Assembly (NCBI GenBank): GCA_963737265.1
Contig: CAVTRY010000018.1
Location: forward strand, 128,001 to 192,000
DNA from: an uncultured delta proteobacterium
Lineage (GTDB): Bacteria > Myxococcota_A > Polyangia > Fen-1088
Length of the DNA: 64,000 bases
Direction of reading: 5' to 3'
Made by a program: the position numbers and the translations under genes. Position 1 is the first letter of the stretch. Each line of letters opens with the position of its first letter. Shown piece by piece: positions 47,316 to 58,038 of the stretch. The notes beneath the pieces were generated by a model, which made no database searches, had not been told where the DNA came from, and was given only the letters and a program-made list of their open reading frames with translations.

Positions 47316-48218
47316 CTAGCGGGGCGTCCGGTAGGTAAAGGAGGGTGGAAGGTAGAACCCGACCGAGAAGAACATCATGATGTTCTGTACCAATTGGGTT
47401 TGGGAATTTCTCGAAGCGCTCTCGACCTGCGACAGTGGCTCCCTCGGAGTCCGGTTCTGAATTTCGAACGTATCGATGTACGCGTAGTCTCGGAACGTCA
47501 CGCTCAGCGTTAGCCAGTCGAGAACGAACAGGCGAGCGCCCACGCCAACGTGCGGAGCGATGTTTCTGTTGGTGAACGACGGGTCGCCGAAATTGCGGGG
47601 AATGATTTCCGTCCACATCATTCCGATACCGAGTGCGACGGTCAGATCCCAGTGGACGATATATTTGTTGAACAGACCGAACTTTCCATAGCCCGGCACG
47701 TATCCCATCGCGACAGCGCCGTGATACTTCAGCTTGTTCAGCGTCGGCACCAGGTAGTACTGCAATCCCACGAGAGACTCGCGCTCTGACAACTCCTTGA
47801 TGAAGTATTGGCCTTCGAGACCAACCGAGAGCACGTCCGTAATGTAGTAGTTGAGGTCCGCACCAAGGGAGTAGTGGCGGATCAACGGATCGTTCAGCGT
47901 GATTCCCGCGAATGGCGCGAGCTCAAGACGCGACTTCTTGAGAAACGCCTTGCGTGGCACCACCACGATGTCCTCCCACGACCTGCGTGGCGCACCCGCC
48001 GCCTCCGTCGGCTTCTTGACTTCCGCGGTTCCGAGGTCCGTAGTCGACAGATCCGTGAGGTCCAAATCCGGGGAAATAGCCGGTCCAGTATCCGCTGGAG
48101 GGGTTTGGTCGCCGCCAGCCGTATCAGATGCCGGTGCCGCTGGCTCTTGGGCCAGGGACACTTTGGAGGCACTGAGGTTGGCAAGAACTACGAAGAGGCC
48201 AAGGGCAAGTCGTTTCAT
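47316..48218 (-). CDS. Myxobacterial outer-membrane beta-barrel protein (TIGR04565-like)
   Basis: VVPRKAFLKKSRLELAP, LNDP, YGKFGLF and VGFYLP. Confidence 0.8.
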   Translation of the reverse strand: MKRLALGLFVVLANLSASKVSLAQEPAAPASDTAGGDQTPPADTGPAISPDLDLTDLSTTDLGTAEVKKPTEAAGAPRRSWEDIVVVPRKAFLKKSRLELAPFAGITLNDPLIRHYSLGADLNYYITDVLSVGLEGQYFIKELSERESLVGLQYYLVPTLNKLKYHGAVAMGYVPGYGKFGLFNKYIVHWDLTVALGIGMMWTEIIPRNFGDPSFTNRNIAPHVGVGARLFVLDWLTLSVTFRDYAYIDTFEIQNRTPREPLSQVESASRNSQTQLVQNIMMFFSVGFYLPPSFTYRTPR

Positions 48219-48376
48219 GCGTTTCCTTGCTTGGGGCCCGCCTTCACCCCATGACAAAAATCGCTTTGATTTCAGAGGCTTGGCTATGAAGGCAGAGGTG
48301 GGAGCAATGTAGCACGGGGAATTTCTGCAAATCAACAAATTTTCAGTCCGTATCAAATGTTTCGACTCCGATGGGG

Positions 48377-49771
48377 TCAGCAAGCTACCTCCGACGCCGT
48401 CTCGGCGTTGTCAAAAAGGGCCTCGACGAATTCCTCGGCGTCGAATTCGCGCAGATCCTCCACGCGCTCTCCGACGCCGATGTAGCGCACGGGAATGCCA
48501 AGCTGGTCGGTAATACCCAAGATAACGCCGCCCTTGGCGGTGCCATCCAACTTGGTCAGGACGATTCCTGTGACCGACATGGCTTGGGCGAAAATCTGGG
48601 CCTGCGCGATGGCATTCTGGCCGCTGGTCGCGTCGATAACGAGCCAGGTTTCGTGTGGCGCACCGTCGAGCGCCTTGGCGGCGACCCGGCGTACTTTCTG
48701 AAGTTCCTCCATCAGATCGGACTTGGTGTGCAAGCGACCCGCAGTGTCGGCAATCACCACGTCGATGTGCTCGCTGCCAGCTCGCTTGATGCCTTCGAAC
48801 ACCACCGACGAGGGGTCGCTGCCTTCCTTGCCGCGCACGACTGGGGCGCCGACCCGGTTGCCCCAGATCTCAAGCTGCTCGGTCGCCGCCGCTCGGAAAG
48901 TGTCCCCCGCTGCAAGCAGTACGGTCTTGCCCTCGGCCCTAAGCTTGGCGGCCAACTTTCCAATCGTGGTGGTCTTGCCGCTGCCATTCACACCTATAGT
49001 AAGAAGGACGAAGGGCTTGGATCGAGAGAAGTCGACGGGCGGAGCATCCACGCGAAGAAAATCCGCACTCCGTTTCCGCAGATAGCTCCACACTGCGCTC
49101 GGTTCTGCCAGCTCTCTCCTGCCGAGCGAGGAACGGAGCTCTTCCAGCAGCTTCTGGCTCGTGCGAACCCCGATGTCCGCGGTCAACAGAACCTTCTCGA
49201 TTTCCTCGACCAGGGCGGGATCAATTTCCCGTTTTCCGGCGAAGAGCTGGCCGAGGCGAGAAACCCAGCCCGCGCGGGTCCGCGCAAGTCCCGGGGCGAG
49301 GGCAGCCGCATCGCGCGCCTTGGGGCGCGTCTGGACTTCAGCCGTGCGTGGTTTGTCGACCGGGATGGCAATGTCGTGTGCTGCCGACGCCGCCGGTCGA
49401 CGTTCAGGGACAGCCGCCGCAGCTCCGCGTTCGGATGCGTTAGGAAGCGCCGCGATCGGTGGCCGTGTGTCCGGCCGACCTTCAGCGCTTGGCGCTGCGG
49501 CTGGGGTTGGAGCCTCGGCCTCCGCCTTTTGGCGTACTTCCAGCTCCGGCGGGGGCGATTTCTCCTCCCCTGGAACAACATCCTCCGGCCTGAGCGCAGC
49601 CTTCGTCGGCTTGGCAGGAAAAGTCGAGCTACCATCGCCAACTCGTTCAATCTGCCGCTGTCTGGATTTTCGCGCGCGGCGAATGGCGTAAAATGCCAGG
49701 AGCGTCGCCGCGATAAAACATGCGGCAATAACTGCGGCGGTGATGATGTCGGTATTTGCGCCCCCTTCCAT
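48377..49771 (-). CDS. ftsY: Signal recognition particle receptor FtsY
   Basis: [38 protein letters not shown] and an N-terminal TM anchor. Confidence 0.97.
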   Translation of the reverse strand: MEGGANTDIITAAVIAACFIAATLLAFYAIRRARKSRQRQIERVGDGSSTFPAKPTKAALRPEDVVPGEEKSPPPELEVRQKAEAEAPTPAAAPSAEGRPDTRPPIAALPNASERGAAAAVPERRPAASAAHDIAIPVDKPRTAEVQTRPKARDAAALAPGLARTRAGWVSRLGQLFAGKREIDPALVEEIEKVLLTADIGVRTSQKLLEELRSSLGRRELAEPSAVWSYLRKRSADFLRVDAPPVDFSRSKPFVLLTIGVNGSGKTTTIGKLAAKLRAEGKTVLLAAGDTFRAAATEQLEIWGNRVGAPVVRGKEGSDPSSVVFEGIKRAGSEHIDVVIADTAGRLHTKSDLMEELQKVRRVAAKALDGAPHETWLVIDATSGQNAIAQAQIFAQAMSVTGIVLTKLDGTAKGGVILGITDQLGIPVRYIGVGERVEDLREFDAEEFVEALFDNAETASEVAC

Positions 49772-49953
49772 CGGCCGCGAACCTTAACAGGCTCGCGACG
49801 AAACTTGCGATCTTTTTGACGTTTTCAGGAAAGGTGTCAGAAAGTCAGGGCATCGGGCGACAAAGCCTTTACAGACCGGACGGCCAGATGGTACCTATCT
49901 GGTGTCACGAAGTGGCTCGTATGGTCATGTAACGTCATGCCATTAGGTGGTGC

Positions 49954-52900
49954 TTGATGAGGATAAAGCGGCTCGAAATCTGTGGCTTCAAGTCGTTCGT
50001 CGACCGAACAGTATTGACTTTCGATGACCCGATCACGGGCGTGGTCGGTCCCAACGGCTGTGGCAAGTCCAATATCGTGGACGCAATTCGTTGGGTCATG
50101 GGCGAGCAGTCAGCCAAACATCTGCGCGGCCGGGCGATGGAGGACGTTATTTTCAACGGCTCCGAGTCGCGCGGCCCCGCGGGGATGGCGGAAGTCTCCA
50201 TCACCTTTGATGCGGGATCGCTGGCAAGTGATGCTGCGCCCGGTGGGGTTCCGTGGGGAGCCGCGGGTCCGGCCGATGTCGTGGTGACGCGCCGGCTGTA
50301 TCGCGGCGGAGAGAGCGACTACCTGCTGGGTGGCGTCCCATGCCGCTTGCGGGACATCGTGGAGTTCTTTCTCGGAACGGGTGTTGGCTCGAAGGCTTAC
50401 GCCATCATCGAGCAGGGGCGCATCGGTTTCATCGTTTCATCCCGACCCGAGGACCGTCGTACCCTCATCGACGAGGCAGCGGGCATCACCAAGTACAAGG
50501 CGAAGAAGAAAATCGCCGAACGCCGGATGGACGCCACCCGCCAGCACCTGCTACGCGTGACGGACATCATTGGCGAGATCGAAACTCGACTACGTTCATT
50601 GAAGCTCCAGGCGCAGAAAGCCGAGCGCTACAAGCGCTACAAGGGAGAGCTCAAAGACCTTGAGTTGTGCGTTGCCGCGCAGAAGCACCTTGGCTTGATT
50701 GCCGAGCAGAAGTACCTGGTGGACGCGCATGCCGACCTTGAGGCGCGCCATTCGGATGCCACGAGCGCGCTGCGCATCGAAGAGACGACGGTCGAAGCCG
50801 AACGGCTGACGCTTTCGCAGGATTTGGCCGAGCTGTCCGCGGCCAAAGACGCCTTGTTCGCCCTCGACAACAGGGCCCAGCTGTCGGCCCAACGTGCCGA
50901 ACACTACCAGGACGAGTCTTCCATGCTCGTCACCCGTGCCGAGCACGCTCGGCGCGAGAGCGAGGCGCTGGCTCGGCGGGCGGCGCAAGATGCGGAGTCC
51001 CTGGCGTCGGTCGAGAGCCAGGTTACGATGCTCGACGAAGAGGCCGACGCTCGTGCCGGCGCCCTCGAGGAGATGGAACGGACGTGCGCCGAATCCCGGA
51101 CCGAATTGGCGTTTGCGCGCCGGAACCTCGAACAATCCACGGCAGGCGTGGCGTCGGCGCAAACGCGCATCGCGCGGCTCGAATCCGACATCGAATCCGC
51201 TCGCGTGCGGGCGCAGGATCTCGCGCACCGTTTGGAGGATGTGTCGCATGACGATGCCACCTCGCTTGAGCAGCTGGAGCGCATGACGGCTGAATCCGCG
51301 CAAGTCGAGGAGTACGTGGCCGAGCTGCAGACACGAGCCATCCAGCTCGTGGAGCAGAAGGCACAAGCCGAAGACTCGGTCGTCCGCCTGCGCGGCGAGG
51401 TCGCCCGCGGCGAAATCGAGCTCGAGACTTTGCGGGAAGAGGCCCACCGCCGGCGCTCCCGTTTGCAGTCGCTGGCTGAGATCCAGGACCGCTACGAGAG
51501 TTTCCAGCGCGGCGTACGCGCGATCATGCAGAAAGTGCGTGAATCGAATGCGCTGGGCGCCAACGGGATAGGCGAGAACGGGGCTTGGACGACCCACGGG
51601 GTGCGCGGCCTGGTCGCGGACATCGTCCAGCCACCACCCGAGCTCGAGACGGCGCTTGAAGCGGTGCTGGGAGAGCGGCTTGGCAATATCATCGTCGAAT
51701 CCCACGAAGTTGGGGTCGAAGCCATCGACTTCCTCAAGCAGCGCAGCGAGGGCCGTTCGAGCTTCATCCCGATCTCGTTGCGTTCCGGGAGTCGCGCGAG
51801 TGGCGCGAGTGGATCGACCGAAGGTACGGTCGTCTACGACGCCATGGGCGGAGTCTCGGTCGATGCCGACGCAGCGTTCGTTCCGGTGGCGGCGGATTGG
51901 CCACGGGGCGAGGGCGTGCGCGGGCCGATGCTGGAGCTCATCGGTTTCGACCGACACTACGATCGTGTCGCGGCCTATCTGCTTGGCGACGTCATCGTCG
52001 TCGAGGATCTGCGCAAGGCCCTGGAGTTGTGGCGGCAGACCAAGACCGAGAAGACGCTGGTCACCCTGGATGGCGAGGTCATCGATCCCCATGGCGTCGT
52101 GACCGGCGGCTCACGCGAATCCGCGGTCGCCGGTGTGCTGTCGCAAAAGCGCGAAATGCGCGAGCTCGAAGAGGTCGTGGCCCGACTTGAGCTGGACTAC
52201 CAGGCGGCGCTAGGGCGGCACGTCAGCAACAAGCAGGCGCTGGCGGAGGTATCGGGCACATTGGATGAGACCGTCGCCGGCATCCGCCGCGACGAGCTGG
52301 ATCTTGCAGCGCAGAAGAAGGACGCCGATCGGCTGGCGCGCGAGCGCGCGCAGGGGGAGGCGCGACGGGCGCAACTTGGCGGCACGCTCGAGAACTTGCA
52401 CAGCGCTACTAGCCAGAACCAAGCTCGCCTAGCAGAAGCGACATCGCAGCTGGTCACCGAGCAAGAGTTAGCCATCAACCACGAGGCGACCGCCGAAGGG
52501 CTGCGGACTCAAGTTGTGACGCTGGCGGAAAAGGTGGACGCCCTTCTCGGCGAGCTATCGACCGTGAAGGTGTCGGCGGCACAGGCCAGTGACCGAAAAC
52601 GGACCGCGCGTGAGATCATGGAGAGGCTGCGCCGCGAGATTGGCGAACACGCTGAGAGGCGTACCCAGCTCGACCAGGACGCGACCACCGATCTCACGCG
52701 TGCGGAGACTCTGCGCGCGGAGGCCGAACAACTTCGTCAAGAGGCTTCGCTGCTGCAGACCGAGCTGTCGGAGCGAACGCGCGCCTACACCGAGCGCCAG
52801 GGCACCGTGGAAGAGCGAAGCGGTGCGCTCGCTCGGCGCGATGCCGACCTCAAGACCACCAGGGCGGGCGTTGCCCGCCTGGCGCAGGATCTGGCCGCGC

Positions 52901-53754
52901 TCGACCTGCGCTGCCAGCAGGTTGCCATGCGACTCGAAGCGCTCGACGAACAGTTGCGCGAACGCTATTCGGACATCGGCAAGGTCGCGAATGTTTTGCC
53001 GGACTTCCATCTTCGCCTGCTCGCGGGCGAGGCCGAAGAGGGTCGCATCCGCGAGTTGCGCGGCATCGTCGAACGCATGGGCGACATCAATCTCACCGCC
53101 ATAGAGGAATCCGCGGAGCTCCAGCAACGCTACGATTTCCTCACGGCGCAGAAGGCGGATCTCGAATCGGCCATGAGCCGCCTCGAAACCGCCATCGACA
53201 AGATCAACCGTGCTTCGCGCAAGCGATTCCGCGAGGTCTTCGACACCGTGAATACGAAATTCCAGGAGGTGTTTCCGCATCTGTTCGGCGGCGGCAAAGC
53301 GCACCTCGCCCTGACCGACGAGAGCGACATGCTCGAGACCGGTGTCGAGATCGTGGCCAACCCGCCCGGCAAGAAGATGTTGCAGAACATCGAGCTGCTC
53401 TCGGGCGGAGAGAAGGCGCTGACGGCTGTGTCGCTTCTGTTTGCGATTTTCTTGGTCAAGCCGTCGCCCTTCTGCGTCCTCGACGAAGTCGATGCGCCGC
53501 TCGACGAAGCGAACGTCGGTCGTTTCAACCACGCTGTGCGCGAAATGACCGCGCATTCGCAGTTCATCATTGTCACGCACAACCAGCGCACGATGGAGAT
53601 TGCCGACCGGTTGTGCGGCATCACCATGGAAGAATCTGGCGTTTCCAAGCTTGTCGCCGTGAACCTGCGCGGCAGGAGTCGATCGCGCGCGCCGGAAGAA
53701 CCGCCGCAATCGATTCTTGCGTCCGGTGGCTTTGGACAGCCGGCATTAGCCTGA
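49954..53754 (+). CDS. smc: Chromosome segregation protein SMC
   Basis: GFKSF, GPNGCGKSN, hinge domain, LSGGEK and VLDEVDAPLD. Confidence 0.97.
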   Translation: MMRIKRLEICGFKSFVDRTVLTFDDPITGVVGPNGCGKSNIVDAIRWVMGEQSAKHLRGRAMEDVIFNGSESRGPAGMAEVSITFDAGSLASDAAPGGVPWGAAGPADVVVTRRLYRGGESDYLLGGVPCRLRDIVEFFLGTGVGSKAYAIIEQGRIGFIVSSRPEDRRTLIDEAAGITKYKAKKKIAERRMDATRQHLLRVTDIIGEIETRLRSLKLQAQKAERYKRYKGELKDLELCVAAQKHLGLIAEQKYLVDAHADLEARHSDATSALRIEETTVEAERLTLSQDLAELSAAKDALFALDNRAQLSAQRAEHYQDESSMLVTRAEHARRESEALARRAAQDAESLASVESQVTMLDEEADARAGALEEMERTCAESRTELAFARRNLEQSTAGVASAQTRIARLESDIESARVRAQDLAHRLEDVSHDDATSLEQLERMTAESAQVEEYVAELQTRAIQLVEQKAQAEDSVVRLRGEVARGEIELETLREEAHRRRSRLQSLAEIQDRYESFQRGVRAIMQKVRESNALGANGIGENGAWTTHGVRGLVADIVQPPPELETALEAVLGERLGNIIVESHEVGVEAIDFLKQRSEGRSSFIPISLRSGSRASGASGSTEGTVVYDAMGGVSVDADAAFVPVAADWPRGEGVRGPMLELIGFDRHYDRVAAYLLGDVIVVEDLRKALELWRQTKTEKTLVTLDGEVIDPHGVVTGGSRESAVAGVLSQKREMRELEEVVARLELDYQAALGRHVSNKQALAEVSGTLDETVAGIRRDELDLAAQKKDADRLARERAQGEARRAQLGGTLENLHSATSQNQARLAEATSQLVTEQELAINHEATAEGLRTQVVTLAEKVDALLGELSTVKVSAAQASDRKRTAREIMERLRREIGEHAERRTQLDQDATTDLTRAETLRAEAEQLRQEASLLQTELSERTRAYTERQGTVEERSGALARRDADLKTTRAGVARLAQDLAALDLRCQQVAMRLEALDEQLRERYSDIGKVANVLPDFHLRLLAGEAEEGRIRELRGIVERMGDINLTAIEESAELQQRYDFLTAQKADLESAMSRLETAIDKINRASRKRFREVFDTVNTKFQEVFPHLFGGGKAHLALTDESDMLETGVEIVANPPGKKMLQNIELLSGGEKALTAVSLLFAIFLVKPSPFCVLDEVDAPLDEANVGRFNHAVREMTAHSQFIIVTHNQRTMEIADRLCGITMEESGVSKLVAVNLRGRSRSRAPEEPPQSILASGGFGQPALA

Positions 53755-53795
53755 CCCAGGCGTGCTCGTGTTAGGTTCCGACAGATTCGTGTCGG

Positions 53796-55010
53796 TCACG
53801 GAATCAGAATCGTCGGAATCGCAACCTGGCAGTTGCCGAGCACGGTGAGCCACTTGAGGGTGTTGACCCAGAAAAGCTGCACTTGGTAGTCGGGATGGCT
53901 GGTCCACTCGCTGTTATAGGTAATCCATTCGTCGCCCCAAACGTCCACATGGCCCTTCCCCACTTGCATGGCCTCGCCAACCCGGAAGCTTTCTGCCGGG
54001 TCCGCGGCAGCGGAGCCCATCGCGTACACCGTGAAATTGGATCCCGCGGCTGGACTGGCGGGTCCGCTGACCTCGTAACCGTTGTCGAAGCCCACCGCGG
54101 TGACTCCTGCGGTGATGGGGTGGGTCGCGAACTGCGTAATCGGGACCGAGGTGGCGGCGCCGTTTCTATTTAGTATCTGCGTCTCGCCATAGCTCATTCC
54201 GAAAGGGGCCAGAAGAGCGTTCACATTTACGTTGTCTACCGGAGGATTGGCATAACCCGTCAGGGTCATTAGACCGCCACCGTTGTTTACCCATTCGGAC
54301 AGCACCTGCACCTCTGCTGCGGAGTAGGCCCGGCCCCCTCCGTTCTGATAGACGTCCTGCACCACGATGATGTTGAAAGGATCGATGAGGGTGTGCGTGA
54401 GCACCTGGCTTCCGAGACTCGTTGCGCCGTTGGGGGTTCGCGCAGCGAGCCAGGCACCGAAGACATTACCCTGGCCCCACGTTCCGGGGACGCCCAAGGT
54501 CGCAATGTTGATGCAGTCGCAGATTCCGTCGTTGTTGGCATCGACGTCGTCGACGATGCCGTTGCAATCGTTGTCCTTGCCGTCGCAAACCTCGGGCGTG
54601 GGCGTGCACTGGCAAACGTTGCTGCTCTGCCCGCTCATCGAGCCGCAGGTCCAACCGCTGATGCAGTCCGAATCCCCCGAGCACGGCGTGGAGCACACGC
54701 TCGCGCCGTTGCTTAGCGGGACGCAGATCCCGCCCGGACAACCCGATCCGTCCGAGCATGCGTTGGCCATGGTGCCGCCGCCGCTCGAGCTGGAGCTCGG
54801 CGATCCGCCGGCGGCGCCACCCGCCGGAGGGATGGTGATGGTCACGGCCCCGCCCGAACCGCCGGCGCCGGAAACCACGTTGCTTCCGCCGCCACTGGGA
54901 CCGGAGGCAGCAACCGTGACCGATGCGCTGCTGCAAGCCAGAACCAGAAAGCCTGGCGCGACCAAGAGTGCCAACATCCGATAGTCCAACGCCTTGCGAG
55001 AACAGCCCAT
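53796..55010 (-). CDS. Cys-rich lipoprotein with MopE-related metal-binding motif and C-terminal alpha/beta domain
   Basis: VLAC lipobox, disulfide-rich segment, EVCDGKDNDCNGIVDD and WVNNGGGLMTL. Confidence 0.7.
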   Translation of the reverse strand: MGCSRKALDYRMLALLVAPGFLVLACSSASVTVAASGPSGGGSNVVSGAGGSGGAVTITIPPAGGAAGGSPSSSSSGGGTMANACSDGSGCPGGICVPLSNGASVCSTPCSGDSDCISGWTCGSMSGQSSNVCQCTPTPEVCDGKDNDCNGIVDDVDANNDGICDCINIATLGVPGTWGQGNVFGAWLAARTPNGATSLGSQVLTHTLIDPFNIIVVQDVYQNGGGRAYSAAEVQVLSEWVNNGGGLMTLTGYANPPVDNVNVNALLAPFGMSYGETQILNRNGAATSVPITQFATHPITAGVTAVGFDNGYEVSGPASPAAGSNFTVYAMGSAAADPAESFRVGEAMQVGKGHVDVWGDEWITYNSEWTSHPDYQVQLFWVNTLKWLTVLGNCQVAIPTILIP

Positions 55011-55152
55011 GGTACATCCTTTTTCGTGTCAACTGCCTTGTTCGGCGCGATTCGGCGAATGCCAAAGATCCAAGAGGTCAACGCAACGCCAAACGTCCAG
55101 CCAACCAGTCTATCATGGTTAATCGGGCGTCGTCATGGCGCCCGGGCACTCC

Positions 55153-55716
55153 GGGTGCTTCCCTGAAATGGGGGCTGGGGCTTCACCTCGCTGGGATCGG
55201 AAGGAAAGACAGCGAGGAACGGAGGATCCGAGGGATCAAGGGTTGGGTTCACGAGGCGGCGGAGACCCTCGCGAAGTACGGGGACGTGGAAACGAGCAGG
55301 CCAACCGGCAGTCGTAGGAGCTTGAGATAGGTAATGACCTGTGCCAAGTGGACAGGAAGCAACCGTTCTACCGCCTTGACTTCGACCACCAAACGGCCTT
55401 CCACCACGAGGTCGAGGCGATAGCCGCAGTCAAGGTCAAGTCCTTTGTACTGCAGAGGAATCGCGACCTGGTGTTGAGTGCGAAATCCACGCAGGCCTAG
55501 CTCGCGCGCCAGGCAGTGCTCGTAGGCCGACTCAAGCAGCCCCGGACCGAGGTGACGGTGGACTTCGATGCAGGCGGCGATAATTTGCCCAGTAAAGTTA
55601 TGCTGTCTCTGATTCTCCGTTCCTCCCTGTTCCATATCTGCGTTTTCGGCGGCACTCCGCCAGAAGTTGCTACCTCACCGAGCCGCCGGCTGGGCCCCCG
55701 TTTCAGGGATGCACCC
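55153..55716. mobile_element. 564-bp non-autonomous element with 23-bp TIRs and 9-bp TSD
   Basis: GGGTGCTTCCCTGAAATGGGGGC versus reverse complement GGGTGCATCCCTGAAACGGGGGC (21/23). GGGCACTCC is repeated at 55144-55152 and 55717-55725. Confidence 0.85.
55249..55635 (-). pseudogene. GxxExxY family PD-(D/E)XK protein, frameshifted near the C-terminus
   Basis: EVHRHLGPGLLESAY, YRLDLVVE, VEVKAV and AQVITYL. The natural tail FHVPVLREGLRRLV is in another frame after ~55290. Confidence 0.85.
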
Positions 55717-55908
55717 GGGCACTCCGATGATGGCGATCCATAATCCCGCGCTAAGCGCAGCGATGCCACGAGTCAATCGTTTGAGCTCCGCGCCCTCGAT
55801 GAATTTCCGTGCGGCATGCCGCATGGGTTGGTAAAGGAATCTGCGGTGGTGTCACGGGTTGCGCTGCGACGGATCCCTGCCAGGCGTGGCCCGCCAAGAA
55901 GGAGCGAG

Positions 55909-56397
55909 ATGAGGAAGACGATCGCGCTAGTGGGATGGATTCTCTTCTGCGTCAGCGGCTGTCGGTGCCATGCGACCTTTGCCGACAAATTCCAACCTGC
56001 CCAGCCCATCGCGACGGTGATAGTCGAAAAGGAACGAGCTGGCTTGAGACACGCTCGCATCTTGATTGAAGGCGAGAAGATCGCGAGCGTGCATCTTCAC
56101 GGCTGGCGATATCTCGCTGCGCTAAGGAAGCTTGACACCAGCCTCTGTCCGGAAAAGTTTCGGCTCGCCTGGTCTAATTATATCTCGGCTTGGGATCAGA
56201 AACTAAAGCAGGAACATGCAACTGAGGAGACCCTCGATGCCGTGTCCATGTGGAAAGGCACCTTTGACGATCTGCCGGCAACTTCGCGGCGGATTGAGCC
56301 CTACGACACAGATGGAGCCTGGCAACAATGTGAACGCGTCGCCTTGGAATACGGGATCGATCCTTCGAAATTGAGCATCTCGCCAGACCGACGTTGA
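55909..56397 (+). CDS. Hypothetical secreted/lipoprotein
   Basis: AAGGAG RBS and signal MRKTIALVGWILFCVSGC. Confidence 0.55.
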   Translation: MRKTIALVGWILFCVSGCRCHATFADKFQPAQPIATVIVEKERAGLRHARILIEGEKIASVHLHGWRYLAALRKLDTSLCPEKFRLAWSNYISAWDQKLKQEHATEETLDAVSMWKGTFDDLPATSRRIEPYDTDGAWQQCERVALEYGIDPSKLSISPDRR

Positions 56398-56565
56398 TGG
56401 AGCGAAGCTGAGCCGCTCGCCCCGCCTCGGCGCGGGGAGAGTCGTGAGGCAACCCATCTGCAAATGGTCGCGCGGGGTTGACGGCTTCGCACTCTATCAA
56501 TACACTCACGAATTCTCGGACGGGCTCCGCGTTCGCGGTCACACCGTCCCCTTGAAAGGAGCATC

Positions 56566-56871
56566 ATGGCTACCCACATCACCGACGAATGCATCAACTG
56601 CGGCGCTTGCGAGCCCGAGTGCCCGAACGACGCTATCAGCGAGGGCGATAGCAAGTACGTGATCGACGCGGCCCGCTGCAGCGAGTGCGTAGGATTCTTT
56701 GACCACGAGGCTTGCCAATCGGTTTGCCCGGTCGAGTGCTGCGTTCCCGATCCTAGCAACAAGGAAACCGAGGAAGTTCTTCTCGGACGTGCCAAGCAGC
56801 TTCACGCGGACAAGAACCTGCCGGACTTGGCCGCCTTGCCTGCAAATCTCTCCCGCTTCCGCAAGGCATAG
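56566..56871 (+). CDS. 2x[4Fe-4S] ferredoxin, YfhL-like
   Basis: CINCGACEPECP and CSECVG...CQSVCPVECC. Confidence 0.93.
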   Translation: MATHITDECINCGACEPECPNDAISEGDSKYVIDAARCSECVGFFDHEACQSVCPVECCVPDPSNKETEEVLLGRAKQLHADKNLPDLAALPANLSRFRKA

Positions 56872-56899
56872 TTTCTAAGAAGTTGCGACCCAAGAGCTT

Positions 56900-56932
56900 T
56901 GAAGAACTGTCCAAAAATTGGATAGTTCTTCA
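56900..56932. terminator. AT-rich hairpin between convergent genes
   Basis: TGAAGAACTGTCCAA-AAA-TTGGATAGTTCTTCA. Confidence 0.45.
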
Positions 56933-57044
56933 GCAGCCGAGCCAAGGGCGCGGCCGCAGGTGGGGTGAAGTCCGCGAATTTACTTCGCGGACGAGGGGAG
57001 GGCCGCCGCCCACCCTTTAACAATCTTGAGTCGCCACGAGCGGT

Positions 57045-57944
57045 TCAGGGGCTTTGGTCGTTTCCGGTGAGCAAGTCGAAATGCACCTCCACTTTGTGAA
57101 GGCTGGCAAGCGCCGTCGAGAAATCAAGGAAACGCTGCTTGCGCCAATATTCGAAGTACCCCGCGCGCAAGCCATCGCGAGCCTGTTCGAAGCTGACGTT
57201 CTCGGGCGGGCGTTCCGAGATATAGCGGGCGACGAAGAAACCATCCTCGTCCGCGATCATCGAAGTCGTGTCGCCGGGGGCACGCAGTTTCGCGACTTGG
57301 CCGCCGACAGCTTTTGACAGCGGGCGGTCCAGTCCTTGAAGGAAGCGCGCGAAGACAACCTGCCGCGATGACCATCTGCCGTCGCTGGCGACGGTGGCGA
57401 ACTCGTCCAAGGTCTTGGGTGGGTGTTCCGCCAGAAAGGCGGCGAGATCCCGCGCGGTGTCGGTGCGCGCCTTACGCGGCGACTCCTTCATGAGGGCGCC
57501 GGTGTAGATGGCAAGAACACCGATCTCAACCAGCCTGGAATGAACAAATCTGTCCCGAGACTTGGCGTAAATGGGACGAAGGACGGAGTCTGGCATGGCC
57601 TCGGGACGCAGGGTAGGTTCCAGTTCCTTTTCCAGTAGACGCTGGACGAGGGTGCTTGCGACGTCGGCGTCGGAGCTATCCGCTGGCTTGAGTCCGGAGC
57701 CCCGAGCGCGCTCGGCGAGGAGGTTGAATTCGACCAAATCTCCCAAGGCGTTCCGCGCTGATTTGTCCGTCCGCTTCGCCACCGCCAGCACCTGCTTCGC
57801 GAAGATCGGGACGCCGCCAACCCTGGCCACGACCGCGCCGAGATCCGAAGCCGGCGAGGGCAGCCAACTCGTCGCGGTAGGCTGCCGCGGCGAGGAACAG
57901 CTCCCAAGCCAGAGCATCAGGAAGACTGGGCTGCAATACCTCAC
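57045..57944 (-). CDS. Degenerate PpiC/SurA-like peptidyl-prolyl isomerase lipoprotein
   Basis: LGSC lipobox, VVARVGGVPI, LVEFNLLAERA and PPENVSFEQAR. Confidence 0.65.
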   Translation of the reverse strand: MRYCSPVFLMLWLGSCSSPRQPTATSWLPSPASDLGAVVARVGGVPIFAKQVLAVAKRTDKSARNALGDLVEFNLLAERARGSGLKPADSSDADVASTLVQRLLEKELEPTLRPEAMPDSVLRPIYAKSRDRFVHSRLVEIGVLAIYTGALMKESPRKARTDTARDLAAFLAEHPPKTLDEFATVASDGRWSSRQVVFARFLQGLDRPLSKAVGGQVAKLRAPGDTTSMIADEDGFFVARYISERPPENVSFEQARDGLRAGYFEYWRKQRFLDFSTALASLHKVEVHFDLLTGNDQSP

Positions 57945-58038
57945 GCTGCGATGGTATCAGAAGGACAATCTCGACGGCGAGAGGCGTAGCGATGAAGCGT
58001 GGAAATAGGGGGTGCAGGCTGATAGGTTCGTGGTCTGA

